Source: Candidatus Hermodarchaeota archaeon
GTDB lineage: Archaea; Asgardarchaeota; Hermodarchaeia; Hermodarchaeales; Hermodarchaeaceae
Length of the DNA stretch: 27,154 bases
Direction: 5' to 3'
NCBI GenBank assembly: GCA_016839805.1
Contig: JAEOTO010000024.1
Location: 1 to 27,154 of the forward strand
Positions 7,489 through 17,900 of this stretch are shown here, in pieces. The position numbers and the translations under genes were made by a program. Position 1 is the first letter of the stretch. Every line of letters begins with the position of its first letter. The notes under the pieces were generated by a model. It saw only the letters and a program-made list of their open reading frames with translations, was not told the DNA's origin and did no database searches.

Positions 7489-8868
7489 ATGGCGTGGACT
7501 CCTGACTTTGGCACCAGTGGCATTCGTGGTTGTGTACCTGACGAACTGAATCCCGAAGTCGCATGGCGTATCGGTTTGAGCGTTGCCACAACATTTAGTC
7601 ACCAGCCGCTCCTGCTCTGTCATGACAACCGAACTAGTAGTCCTCTTCTCACGCACGCCATTGCTAGTGGTTTGATGGCAGGTGGATCAAATGTCCTCTA
7701 TGGAGGTGAAGTAATTACGCCCGCGGTCAGTTTTTACACGCGACATCGTCAACTAGCTGGTGGCATTCTGATTACAGGTAGCCATATCCCTGCACACATG
7801 TCAGGAATCGAAGTACTTGACAATGATGGTGCTCCTGTCAATCGGACTATTGAACAAAAAATTGAACGCCTTACACGCACACCACCTGATCCAATTGAAT
7901 GGACAAAATATGGCAATATTACGTCGATTTCTGATGTTGGATCATTTTGGGTAAATAGGATTCTCCAACAAGTAGATGTTAATCTTATTCGAGAACGTAG
8001 GTTTCGCATCGTTATTGATGCCGCCAATGGCACAGCGGTTCCCTGGCTCTTTGATTTAGTCAACAAACTCGATTGCATAGTAATTGGACTTAATGCCCGG
8101 TTAGATCCTTTTTTTCCTGGGCGTTCGCCCAATCTGCGTGTCAAACTCCTCGAAGAAGCTACAAAATTAGTAAAGGAAACACGGGCAGATTTGGGAATCG
8201 CTGTAGACGGAGATGCAGACCGAGCGTTTTTCATCGATGATAAGGGACGTTCCCTAATGGGGGATGTTTCAGGAACTCTACTTGCTCAAATCGAACTCAT
8301 CCGCCGTGGAAAGGGTACAATTGTGACGCCCATTAATTCAAGCAATTTAGCCGAAGATATTGTCAAGCAATATGGGGGGCACGTAGTCTATAGTCGGGTA
8401 GGCCCACCTGCAATCGTTGCTGCTGTAAAGCGTAATCATGCCATCTTTGCATTCGAGGAGTCAGGCAAAGCTATCTACCCAGATTTGAACTATCTTTCTG
8501 ATAGCGGACTAGCTACTTTACATCTCCTTGAATATCTTGCTCAGCAAAAAATAAAATTAAGTGCCATCATCGACGCTTTTCCTCAATACCATCAAATCAA
8601 ACGTGCAATTGACTGTCCAAATGAACTCAAAGGAAAAGTGACCCAGCATGCATTGGATGAGGTCAAAAAACATTTCCCTCATGCTCAAATAATTACAGAA
8701 GATGGCGTAAAAATTGTCTTCGAAGATGGCTGGCTTCTCCTTCGAGCCTCTGGCACCGAACCTGTATTTCGTTGCTTTGCTGAAGCCCAAAGGAAAAAAC
8801 GGGCCCAAGAACTACTCACTCTTGGATTAGATTGGATCGGCGACATCCTCACACCCCCTCATGATTGA
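7489..8868 (+). CDS. alpha-D-phosphohexomutase, divergent paralog 2
   Basis: FGTSGIRG, TGSHIP, DGDADR, FEESGK, RASGTEP; start moved to ATG7489 behind GGAGGT. Confidence 0.9.
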   Translation: MAWTPDFGTSGIRGCVPDELNPEVAWRIGLSVATTFSHQPLLLCHDNRTSSPLLTHAIASGLMAGGSNVLYGGEVITPAVSFYTRHRQLAGGILITGSHIPAHMSGIEVLDNDGAPVNRTIEQKIERLTRTPPDPIEWTKYGNITSISDVGSFWVNRILQQVDVNLIRERRFRIVIDAANGTAVPWLFDLVNKLDCIVIGLNARLDPFFPGRSPNLRVKLLEEATKLVKETRADLGIAVDGDADRAFFIDDKGRSLMGDVSGTLLAQIELIRRGKGTIVTPINSSNLAEDIVKQYGGHVVYSRVGPPAIVAAVKRNHAIFAFEESGKAIYPDLNYLSDSGLATLHLLEYLAQQKIKLSAIIDAFPQYHQIKRAIDCPNELKGKVTQHALDEVKKHFPHAQIITEDGVKIVFEDGWLLLRASGTEPVFRCFAEAQRKKRAQELLTLGLDWIGDILTPPHD

Positions 8869-8897
8869 AGATATACAAAAGAATAGGTGATTAATGA

Positions 8898-10310
8898 ATG
8901 CCACCAACCTCCTCAAAACCGTCGTTTTTTGGTAGCTCGGGAATTCGTGGGCGAGTCAACGAACTCATTACCGGGTCATTAGCTATCCAAGTAGGATTAG
9001 CCACAGCCAACTATCTCCGGAACCAACGCAAAGAACCTTGTATCATGGTTGGGCATGACCACCGGACCACTGGACCGATGTTAACCTCTGCTGTGATGGC
9101 AGGACTTCTCCAAGGCGGAGTACGAGTGTATAAGGCAGGAATGGCACCGACACCCACCATCGCCTATGCTGCAGGCAAAGAGAAAATGAGTGCGTCGATT
9201 ATTGTAACTGCCAGCCATAATCCTCCAGAATATAACGGATTTAAATTCCATAATCCGGATGGAGCAGGTTTTTCTGAAACACAACAAAACGAAATTGAAC
9301 GGCTTCTCAAAAAGGCAGAACCTGCTCCTTGGCAAGAGTTTGCCAACTTCAGACAATTCGAACCCATTCCTCTCCATACGAACGCACTTCTAGATGCAAG
9401 CGAAGTTACAACTAGTCATCGTGTCGTCCTAGATTCTGCATATGGTGTGGGAGGGCTAGTCACACCTTTTGTGTTACAGGAACTCAATGCGGAAGTAAAA
9501 ACACTCAATATCCCTCCTAGTGGGAAAAACTACACGCGAGGTTGTGGGCCCTCGAAAGTCCAAAGTGCGGCTGCAGCTGAGTGGCAGCATTTTGTTTGTC
9601 TGGATGATCTTAGCGCCATTGTCCAAACTACTAAGGCAGAAATAGGTCTTGCACATGATGGAGATGCCGATCGCCTTCTTGCTGTTGACGATAAGGGACG
9701 TGTTTTAGCGGGTGACACTCTTTTGGCTCTTGTCGCAGATTATTACCTTTCAACGCGAGGAGGAAAAGTAATCGCCACAACGGTATCAAGCTCTAGTGTT
9801 GTTGACCATGTGGTAAAAAAACATGGAGCCCGTGTTGAACGAAGTCGCGTGGGTGATGTCTTTGTTTCGAATCTAGTAAAGAAACACAAAGCGGTCTTGG
9901 GAGCAGAACCGTCTGGACCATTTATTTTCCCCGAAGTCCACTATTGTCCAGATGGACCCCTTGCCGCATGTAAACTCCTTGAGCTCCTCGATTGGGCACA
10001 ACGTCCCTTGAGCAAGTTAGTTGATGAACTGCCCACCACCCATCTTCTTCGTGCATCATTCAAGTGTGCGGAGGAGAAGAAGTCTCAACTCATGATTGAT
10101 ATCACTGCTACACTGGAAGGTTGGCCAGATATTGATGATATTAATCGCCTTGATGGTGTCCGTGTAAGCTTCACAGATGCAAGCTGGGTACTCATTCGCC
10201 CATCTGGTACCGAGCCTGTAATACGCATAACAGTTGAAGCCCTATCCGTAAAAAAGGCGAAAGCTTTACTCAAAGATGCACAAGCTGCCTTAAAACAAAC
10301 GATTACTTAG
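8898..10310 (+). CDS. glmM: Phosphoglucosamine mutase-like alpha-D-phosphohexomutase, paralog 3
   Basis: FGSSGIRG, TASHNPPEYNGFK, HDGDADR, AEPSG..IFP..HYCPDG (archaeal GlmM-like), RPSGTEP; adjacent to GlmU; AGGTGA RBS. Confidence 0.75.
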   Translation: MPPTSSKPSFFGSSGIRGRVNELITGSLAIQVGLATANYLRNQRKEPCIMVGHDHRTTGPMLTSAVMAGLLQGGVRVYKAGMAPTPTIAYAAGKEKMSASIIVTASHNPPEYNGFKFHNPDGAGFSETQQNEIERLLKKAEPAPWQEFANFRQFEPIPLHTNALLDASEVTTSHRVVLDSAYGVGGLVTPFVLQELNAEVKTLNIPPSGKNYTRGCGPSKVQSAAAAEWQHFVCLDDLSAIVQTTKAEIGLAHDGDADRLLAVDDKGRVLAGDTLLALVADYYLSTRGGKVIATTVSSSSVVDHVVKKHGARVERSRVGDVFVSNLVKKHKAVLGAEPSGPFIFPEVHYCPDGPLAACKLLELLDWAQRPLSKLVDELPTTHLLRASFKCAEEKKSQLMIDITATLEGWPDIDDINRLDGVRVSFTDASWVLIRPSGTEPVIRITVEALSVKKAKALLKDAQAALKQTIT

Positions 10311-11580
10311 GTAGACGTCTTTCCTCCAATTTATACTCTTGTTTGAGTTGTAAGTGAGTATTATCGGGTACATCTTTTCTGACAACAACTCCAGGGTCAA
10401 CCCAGGAATTGTATCCAATTGTACGTCCTGGTAAAACTACCGTTCCACAGCCAATCTTAGCCGCATCACCAACTACTGCTCCAAACTTATCGGTATTCGT
10501 AGAGACTAACTGATCTCGCAGCATTACCTGTACCTCCTGACCATCAAAACGGTAATTTGACAAGACCACATTGGCCCCGAGGTCCGCATCAAAACCTAGG
10601 ATGCTATCTCCAACAAAAGCCAGGTGCCCGATTCGGCTCCCAGGCATCATTACCGTATTTCGAATTTCACAAGAAAAGCCCACACTAACATTCCGATTTA
10701 AGATTGCATTATCGCGAATCAGACAATTATTACCCACAACCGTGTCTGGTCCCACATAAACAGGTCCTACTAATGCAGCCCCGGGAAACACTCTTGCTCC
10801 AGCACTGATCCATACATCACCAGCAATATGGGCAGCTTCACTCACTGAGGCTGATGCATCGATACGTGCCCTCTTTTGTAGTCGAAGACGTTCAAACAAC
10901 ACTGGCGACGCGTCTAATACATTCCAGGTGCGCCCAACATCGACCCAAGGATCTTTGGAATGACTGGCATAGACGGTAAAGCCTTCATTAATGAGCTGTT
11001 GAATTCCCACTTCTAAATCCTTAGTCCGGCGAAGCATATCAAAAATTTCACTGGTAAAAATATAAACACCTGCCACTGCAAGATTACTCGGTTCAGTACC
11101 AGGTTCGGGTTTTTCCACGATCGTTGTAATCTTCTTTCCCTCTAACGCTACGATCCCAAATTGGGAGGGATTATGTACTTCAACCAGGGATAATGCCATG
11201 TTTCTACTTTTCCCCGCCTTGAGGGTGTCTTTAAACCGATCAGTGCTCGTGATAATATCACAATCGGTCATTAGAAACTGGTCTTCACCAGCTAGTACTT
11301 GTTCTGCCGCCAAGACAGCATCATATTCGCCTTTAGCCTCGGCTTGGAGGGCATAGCGAATCTGTACCCCAAACTTCGCTCCATCTCCAAAGTATGTTTC
11401 AATTTGTTCACGATAATGTCCTACCACCAGCACAATTTCCTTTAACCCAGCTTCCCTAACAGAATCAATAACATGATGCAACAAGGGTTTATCCAGGAGG
11501 GGTAACATCGCCTTGGGGTGAGATTGTGTCAAAGGGTGTAATCGCGTTCCATGACCCGCAGCAAGAATTAACGCCTTCAT
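10303..11580 (-). CDS. glmU: Bifunctional sugar-1-phosphate nucleotidyltransferase/acetyltransferase (archaeal GlmU type)
   Basis: LAAGHGTRLHPLT..HPK NTase motif, VEKP, hexapeptide repeats, HLAFVGDSILG, NYRFD, KFGAVVGD. ATG11580 overlaps the cysS stop (ATGA). Confidence 0.85.
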   Translation of the reverse strand: MKALILAAGHGTRLHPLTQSHPKAMLPLLDKPLLHHVIDSVREAGLKEIVLVVGHYREQIETYFGDGAKFGVQIRYALQAEAKGEYDAVLAAEQVLAGEDQFLMTDCDIITSTDRFKDTLKAGKSRNMALSLVEVHNPSQFGIVALEGKKITTIVEKPEPGTEPSNLAVAGVYIFTSEIFDMLRRTKDLEVGIQQLINEGFTVYASHSKDPWVDVGRTWNVLDASPVLFERLRLQKRARIDASASVSEAAHIAGDVWISAGARVFPGAALVGPVYVGPDTVVGNNCLIRDNAILNRNVSVGFSCEIRNTVMMPGSRIGHLAFVGDSILGFDADLGANVVLSNYRFDGQEVQVMLRDQLVSTNTDKFGAVVGDAAKIGCGTVVLPGRTIGYNSWVDPGVVVRKDVPDNTHLQLKQEYKLEERRLPK

Positions 11581-13034
11581 CTTACCCACTTCCAAGTCGT
11601 TCCTGTCTTCTCATCCTCAAGGACTATACCATGCTCTTTCAATTGCTTACGAATGTAATCGGCGGTCTCAAAGTCTTTTTTCTTCCGAGCCCGAGCCCTA
11701 AGATCAATCAGTAATTGGATAAGCCCTTCAGTTGCGGTGGCTTCTGCTGGTATAACTGCTCCTGGTTGCATCCGATCTCGAAATAATCCCAATACCTCTC
11801 CAATACGGTCAAGAATTTCATATACCTTCAGCAGAGTACCTGTCGTCACGGTACTGTCACTTGAAAGTATGGCATTGGTCCTTGACAAAAATGAACTTAA
11901 ACTCGCCAAAGCCACGGGGGTGTTGAAATCATCGTCCATTGCCGTTTCAAACTCTTTATGGAATGTCATCAGTTTGTCCCAGAGTTCTAAATCAGCATCG
12001 GATGGTTTCAGAGGATCTTGTGCTTCAGTTTCATGAGCTTCGCGAAGACGCCGTTGCAATAGATCAATCGCATTATGGATTCGTGCCAAACGGGATTTCG
12101 CCTCCTCAAGTTGGGCATCACTAAAATCAATAGGGCTTCGATAATGAGATGAAATCAAAAATAACCGAACAACCTCAAGATCATATTTCGCCGTGATTTC
12201 TTGAATCGTAAAGAAATTACCAAGGGATTTCGACATCTTTTCTCTATTCACAGTGAGAAACCCGTTATGCATCCAAAAGCGAACAAAGGGCTGACCAGTT
12301 AGTGCTTCTGACTGGGCAATCTCATTTTCATGGTGAGGAAAGACCAAATCTAGTCCGCCTCCGTGAATATCAATGGGTTCTCCCAAATACTTTGTCGACA
12401 TTACTGAACATTCAATATGCCAACCAGGTCGACCCTTTCCCCATGGTGATTCCCAGAAGGGTTCACCCGGCTTCATAGCTTTCCACAGCACAAAATCCTC
12501 TGGCTGCTCCTTTTCTTCCAATTCAGACGGTTCAGGTTCCTCGGTATCTTCTTTCGATCTTTCTTGGCGTGACAATTTTCCGTATTCTTTAAACTTGGAT
12601 ACTCGAAAATAGACGCTGTTATTTGCCTCATAGGCGTACCCCTTTTTCACAAGCTTCTGAATATGCTCAATCATCTCAGGGATATGTTCCGTAGCTTTTG
12701 GAAAGGCTGTTGCGCGTTTAACACCCAATTTGTCAAAATCTTCAAAATATTCCTGGATGTACTTTGTCGCTAACTCGGCTGTTGACTTCCCTTCTTCATC
12801 TGCCCGTTTAATCATCTTATCATCAATATCTGTAAAATTTTGGATAAATCGCACATCAAACCCTTTGTATTCCAGATACCGACGAATGACATCAAAGGCA
12901 ACGATGGACCGTGCATGCCCTAAATGGCTCGAATCGTATACCGTTGGTCCACACACATACATCCGCACTTCGCCCTCATGCAGCGGTTTAAACGGCTCCT
13001 TCTTCCTTGAGAGCGTATTGTACAGTTCAAGCAT
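11577..13034 (-). CDS. cysS: Cysteine--tRNA ligase
   Basis: MYVCGPTVY, HLGH (HIGH), PGWHIECS, DIHGGGLDLVFPHHENE, KMSKS, MDDDFNT; true start ATG13034 (MLELYNTL). Confidence 0.98.
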   Translation of the reverse strand: MLELYNTLSRKKEPFKPLHEGEVRMYVCGPTVYDSSHLGHARSIVAFDVIRRYLEYKGFDVRFIQNFTDIDDKMIKRADEEGKSTAELATKYIQEYFEDFDKLGVKRATAFPKATEHIPEMIEHIQKLVKKGYAYEANNSVYFRVSKFKEYGKLSRQERSKEDTEEPEPSELEEKEQPEDFVLWKAMKPGEPFWESPWGKGRPGWHIECSVMSTKYLGEPIDIHGGGLDLVFPHHENEIAQSEALTGQPFVRFWMHNGFLTVNREKMSKSLGNFFTIQEITAKYDLEVVRLFLISSHYRSPIDFSDAQLEEAKSRLARIHNAIDLLQRRLREAHETEAQDPLKPSDADLELWDKLMTFHKEFETAMDDDFNTPVALASLSSFLSRTNAILSSDSTVTTGTLLKVYEILDRIGEVLGLFRDRMQPGAVIPAEATATEGLIQLLIDLRARARKKKDFETADYIRKQLKEHGIVLEDEKTGTTWKWVR

Positions 13035-13089
13035 TACAATACCCGCCTCAATCACCTGTGAGCCGTGTATAAAAGTGCATTTCTCCGAA

Positions 13090-14043
13090 TCAACTCTTCT
13101 GTTTTGCACGGTGTTTTGCAGCTGCATCAAGAACGGTCTGTGCTAATCGTTTTTTTCGATCAAGATTGCTCATTAACGTTTGTTCGACACTGACCGTTAT
13201 TCCCATCTTCTCTATACTCGAGGCTTGTTTTTTGTCCTTCTGATCTATGACCATTACATCTAGGAATGTCTGATAAAGTTCTGCCACTCCCTTAGCGGAT
13301 ACTTCAACTCCCTTGCCCTCCATTAGCTTGTCGGCAGGTCCTTTCACGGGCTTTCCACCGATAATTGGTGAAATCGCCACGCATGGTGCTTTTGCATTAA
13401 TAACAGCCTGCTGGATTCCCGGTACTGCGAGGATTGGTCCAATACTTACAATGGGATTACTTGGGCAAATGATGAGGATTTTAGCTTGTTGGATGGCTTC
13501 GAGAACACCTGGACTAGGACTCGCTCTTTCTATTCCGTCAAAAATCACATCTTCAACTATGTCTTGGCATTGCCGCTTTACCAGATACTCTTCAAAGTGC
13601 TGTGTACCCACATCGGTAACAATCCGAGTGGGAACCCACTGATCCGTCATAGGTAATAATCGACATTGCACTCCCAAAGACTGTCTAATTGCTCGTGTTG
13701 CTTTTGAAAGTGTCCACCCTTGTTGCATCATCGCCGTTCGAGCAATATGGGTGCCCAGATCACGGTCTCCCAATTGGAACCATGTCTCAAATCCTAATTG
13801 CTGTAACATTCCCAGACAATGAAAGGTATCACCTTTTATCCCCCACCCCTTTTCAGGATCCACAATACCAGCTAAAGTGTAAGTAACGATGTCCAAATCC
13901 GGAGAGATATACAGCCCCATAAAATTGGCCATGTCATCCCCCGTGTTAATAATAACCGTCAGCTCTTCAGGTGACATCACTTGAACTAGCCCCTCAAGAA
14001 ACCGGGCTGCACCTACCCCACCTGCCAACGCAACGACTGACAT
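13090..14043 (-). CDS. cofD: 2-phospho-L-lactate/phosphoenolpyruvate transferase CofD/FbiA (F420 biosynthesis)
   Basis: LAGGVGAARF, NTGDD, SPDLD, LGDRD, PSNPIVSIGPIL, KGPADK; start ATG14043. Confidence 0.95.
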   Translation of the reverse strand: MSVVALAGGVGAARFLEGLVQVMSPEELTVIINTGDDMANFMGLYISPDLDIVTYTLAGIVDPEKGWGIKGDTFHCLGMLQQLGFETWFQLGDRDLGTHIARTAMMQQGWTLSKATRAIRQSLGVQCRLLPMTDQWVPTRIVTDVGTQHFEEYLVKRQCQDIVEDVIFDGIERASPSPGVLEAIQQAKILIICPSNPIVSIGPILAVPGIQQAVINAKAPCVAISPIIGGKPVKGPADKLMEGKGVEVSAKGVAELYQTFLDVMVIDQKDKKQASSIEKMGITVSVEQTLMSNLDRKKRLAQTVLDAAAKHRAKQKS

Positions 14044-14090
14044 AATTTCAAACCACCATCTATCTAATTCAAACAATTACCTCATCATGG

Positions 14091-14702
14091 TTATTGATAA
14101 AAAGTAACGACATCCTTCACCTGGAACCTTTTCGGTACCTCAGGAGCCTCATCAGGAACGCCTATCGTAATCAGGGCTTGTGGAAGCAAGTCTTTTGATA
14201 ATCCAAGAGTCTTTTGCACCTCTTTTTGACAAAATAAGGGGGCACAAAACCAACAAGCCGACAAGCCCTCAGTATGAATCGTCAACAGGATATTCTGAAT
14301 CGCCGCAGCAACACTCTGGATACCCATTATAGACTCCGCGTCTTGTCGTTTCTTATCAGGATAGGAATCCATCCCTTTCATCGTGAGACAAACTAGTAAC
14401 AGTACAGGCGCTTTCGTGAACCGTTCAATTGATGTACTAACCAATGTCTCAATGGTATCTGCATCTTCCCCGTCAATTATTAAATCCTGACGATATTTTG
14501 CACCCATAGCTTTTGCCAACCGTTGCTTCATCGCCGGAGAAGATATTACACAGAATTGCCATGGCTGAGCATTATGGGCTGAAGGAGCCCAGATCCCTGC
14601 ATCCAAGATGCGAAAAATTTGTTCATCTGAGACGATGTCTTCCCGATATTTTCGAATAGACCGTCGACTCCTAATTACCTCTTTGATATCATACATAATC
14701 AT
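14091..14702 (-). CDS. Nitroreductase-fold protein, FbiB C-terminal-like (candidate dehydro-F420-0 reductase)
   Basis: RRSIRKY, APSAHNAQPW, QSVAAAIQNILL, GLSACWFCAPLFC; immediately upstream of cofD on the same strand. Confidence 0.8.
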   Translation of the reverse strand: MIMYDIKEVIRSRRSIRKYREDIVSDEQIFRILDAGIWAPSAHNAQPWQFCVISSPAMKQRLAKAMGAKYRQDLIIDGEDADTIETLVSTSIERFTKAPVLLLVCLTMKGMDSYPDKKRQDAESIMGIQSVAAAIQNILLTIHTEGLSACWFCAPLFCQKEVQKTLGLSKDLLPQALITIGVPDEAPEVPKRFQVKDVVTFYQ

Positions 14703-14847
14703 CCAATCCTGCTGCGAAGCTATATTTTACCTTCGCCTCTCTCTCCCTTATAGAATACGCTTTCAGGCTTTGTTTAGAATTCAAGCATTTTTTCTCCATC
14801 CACTATCTAGACAAATACTTAAGAACGCGTATTTCACGGCTCTAGGT

Positions 14848-14933
14848 AGACTCACGGAAGGAGCATCTCCTTCTAAGGAGTCTGGTGGATAACACCATTG
14901 CGGCTGCAAAATAAAATCGCCAATTAAGGTGGC
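14848..14933 (+). promoter_or_regulatory. Multi-hairpin 5' leader of the large membrane-protein gene
   Basis: AGACTC/GAGTCT enclosing GAAGGAG-CAT-CTCCTTC; GGTG-GATAA-CACC; TTGC-GGCT-GCAA; GCCA-ATTAAGG-TGGC covering the SD. Confidence 0.45.
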
Positions 14934-14937
14934 TACT

Positions 14938-17900
14938 ATGAGGCGAACCCAACTTCTCTCAATTCTGTTCATGACTATGTTAGTTTTCCCACTTATTCCC
15001 CAATTTTTCTTGACAGGAACAAATTTTGATGTTTCATCTAATCCTAATCATGAATTCGATGATTCTTACGCTCCTGAATTCTCCAGTTCCACTTTTCCAG
15101 AACCTGAACTTAATCCACCTTCAGCAAGTCAAAGTCAAGCACAAACACCAGATCCTATTGTTCCTGAAATCCCTGATTATCAATCAGGAAGCGCAGCAGC
15201 TCGCTTGACCCAATTAACGTGGAATATTTCTCAAACCTTTACGAACCGTAATCGCGTAACTGACTATCAAGTTCATATTGACTGGGGGATGATGTATCAT
15301 GACACCAGCTTCTTCTCACGTATTGGAGACATCACCTCTAATAAAAGCGCCAGTCGAGTAGAAGACTATGATCCAGCAATGGGCTGGAATTGGTACTGGC
15401 CCCTGGAGGAAAAGGCGTGGCCTGGCGAAGTAACCTTCATGGCGTTTAATATCAGTGGAAGAGCGCCAGTCCAAATCACTGAGTTTGCTATCTATATTTA
15501 TTGCCCTGGACCATCTAACCCAATTACAGAGGGCGGTTTTAACTACACTATTTATGCAGCTGCTCCTAGTGGCATTTCCGGTTTGGGTACAATGCCGGAT
15601 TTGAGTGCCCGTGTCGGACCGTGGATGCAAACAATTGTACCGGCGATGCCACGCTATACCGAGCAATGGATTTCCCTTTCAACCGTTCCAATTACTCTAG
15701 ATACTTCGATGACTTATGCCAATACTTTCTATTTTGCCCTCACTATGATGCCTGGTGCTGCTTGTTGTTGGGTTTTAATGGATGATGTTGGAGTCCCCCC
15801 TGATGGAGACGGTGAGGACGAAGGTGATGCGTGGGATGCTTATCCGTGGCCATCACTAAATTTCATATCAGGGCCTTCAATTGATTTCTTTCTTATTTAT
15901 GTATACAACTCATTTCCCTATCCCAGTAACATTCTCATGGATGTGAACGGCACGAACGTGTTGGATCTTTACCCTAATCCCGGTATTGGTCTATGGGATG
16001 GTGGATGGCATTCACCTGCCATCAATATGACAAACGCTGATCGGTACTACGATGTTTCCTACACTCTGCCAGGGTTAAGCTATGATGTGACTTGGCTAGG
16101 TTGGTTCTATGAGAATCTTTTTGCTGATACAAGATTCACCGCATGGGCGTATCATGACTGGGTAGATTGGAATTTGAGTTTTTATGCGGCATTTCCTTTG
16201 GGCGCTATCGACCAAAGAATAACGGTATCAATAGAAGCTGATTGGATGGTTCTAGACGTCCTCGTTGACGGAATGTCACATCCAGATTGGGCTTACCGAT
16301 ATTCCCCGGTCAATGGATGGTGGGTTGACATAGAATTCGCAGGTACTGGTCAATGGACAATCCTGTGTGAATCCCCAGATTATATGGTCGACTCAGAGAT
16401 CTTGGACTCGTCTGGTCAGGTTACCACCTGGGCTAATGGTTCAGACTGGGTTACAGCCCGCGGATATATTGAAGATGAATTCGGGGAGAATGCCACGACA
16501 GGGTGGGGCTATGTTATCGTCTATGATCCTCGCGATGAATATAACGCCTTCAATATGAGTGTGCTCATGATGCCACCAGGTGGAATGGTGGAGATCAATT
16601 GGTCAATTTGGTGGACTTCAACTTGGGCAGGCGTGTATACGCTCCATATCCTCTGGTTGAACGGTACTGAGGCGGGTATGACTGTTCAAACCCTCGAAGT
16701 GTATATGCAAACCTACATGTATGTTAGTTATGAATTTCCTCCAGCTGGTGAACCCGTAATTCGTGGTGATATGGTACAAATTGAAGTGTATTATCATAAT
16801 CAATACGGTTTTCCAATAGATGATGCAATAGTCACAGTGATTAATGATACCAGTGGATTGGAATGGGGAATAGAACCGGGAGATTCCATTATCGATTATG
16901 ACTGGTATAATTGGGCCGGAGAAGGGTTTCCGGGATATTACACGGCACTTCTCTTTACTGAAAATGCCTCAGTGAATATCCTCCACAATATCACAATGTA
17001 CCTTTCTTCTCCGTATAATCAAGGCCAGAATACCACTAAGCAATTCGAAGTGAAAAGCAGGAAAACACATATTCTCTTCTTCTGGCAAGGACGACCCCTT
17101 CCAGGGCTCAACAACATATCCGACTACTGGTTTACATCTCCCCATCCCTATATCAATGACACATCCCTCCAATTCACAATTCGGTACACTGACGACTTTG
17201 GTCTCCCCATAACAGGTGCCCAATTAACACCCTATCTCGTCCATCAAAGTCAAGGTGTATTTAGGCGGCTTGACTGGATTGACCTGTCCATTGCGGATCC
17301 GACCAAGCCCGGGCTCTACAATATCACCATTAATACGAATCCCATTGCGGGAAGAGCTTTCCATGTAGGTGATCCAGCTTTCATTGTCATCTTCGCTTCA
17401 AAATTCGGGTATGAATCGACTTGGTCTGAGAACATCGATGTCCAACCGCAACCTCGCCCTTCGGCTATCGACGTTCCAATTGAATTTCAAAGCATTGTAC
17501 TCTATGAGAATTGGATGTATCCCACAATTGATCATCCCAATATTCTTCGTGTAGTCCTTCGCGACGGTCTTAATAGTGAAGACCTTAGTCACGGAACCGT
17601 CAAAGCTGGGGTGAATGGAGGCGAAAACACTACACTTACCCTAGCGACCCCTGGCTTGGGACTTTATGAAATTAACAGTTTATCAACGGTTGGACTGACG
17701 CCAGGGACTTATAATGTTACCATCTATGCAGAAGCACGGGACTTCGTTGATTCACTTACAACAATTACACTAACAATTTTGCCAAAACAGTCGATTGACT
17801 ACAATGTTCAATCTAATTTTGACAGTTTGCAAATACCCAACCATGGGCTAGAATGGTGGGTCAATCTTACACTCTATCTTGAAAACACGACTAGTTCAAT

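Noticed and set aside
7479-7505. Out-of-frame mini-ORF MQEYGVDS overlapping the start of mutase 2
   Set aside because: Its ATG is only 1 nt from the GGAGGT SD, too close for initiation; likely chance.
7749-8234. 161-aa antisense ORF, and similar shadows at 12730-13146, 21872-22285 and 26659-27087
   Set aside because: They lie wholly opposite well-supported genes, have Ser/Arg/Thr-rich shadow composition and show no motifs or RBS.
14044-14090. Possible C/D-box sRNA (ATGATGA on the minus strand) between the nitroreductase and cofD
   Set aside because: Only TTGA, not CTGA, is available for D/D' boxes, the guide segments would be 8-9 nt, and the stretch doubles as the cofD RBS.
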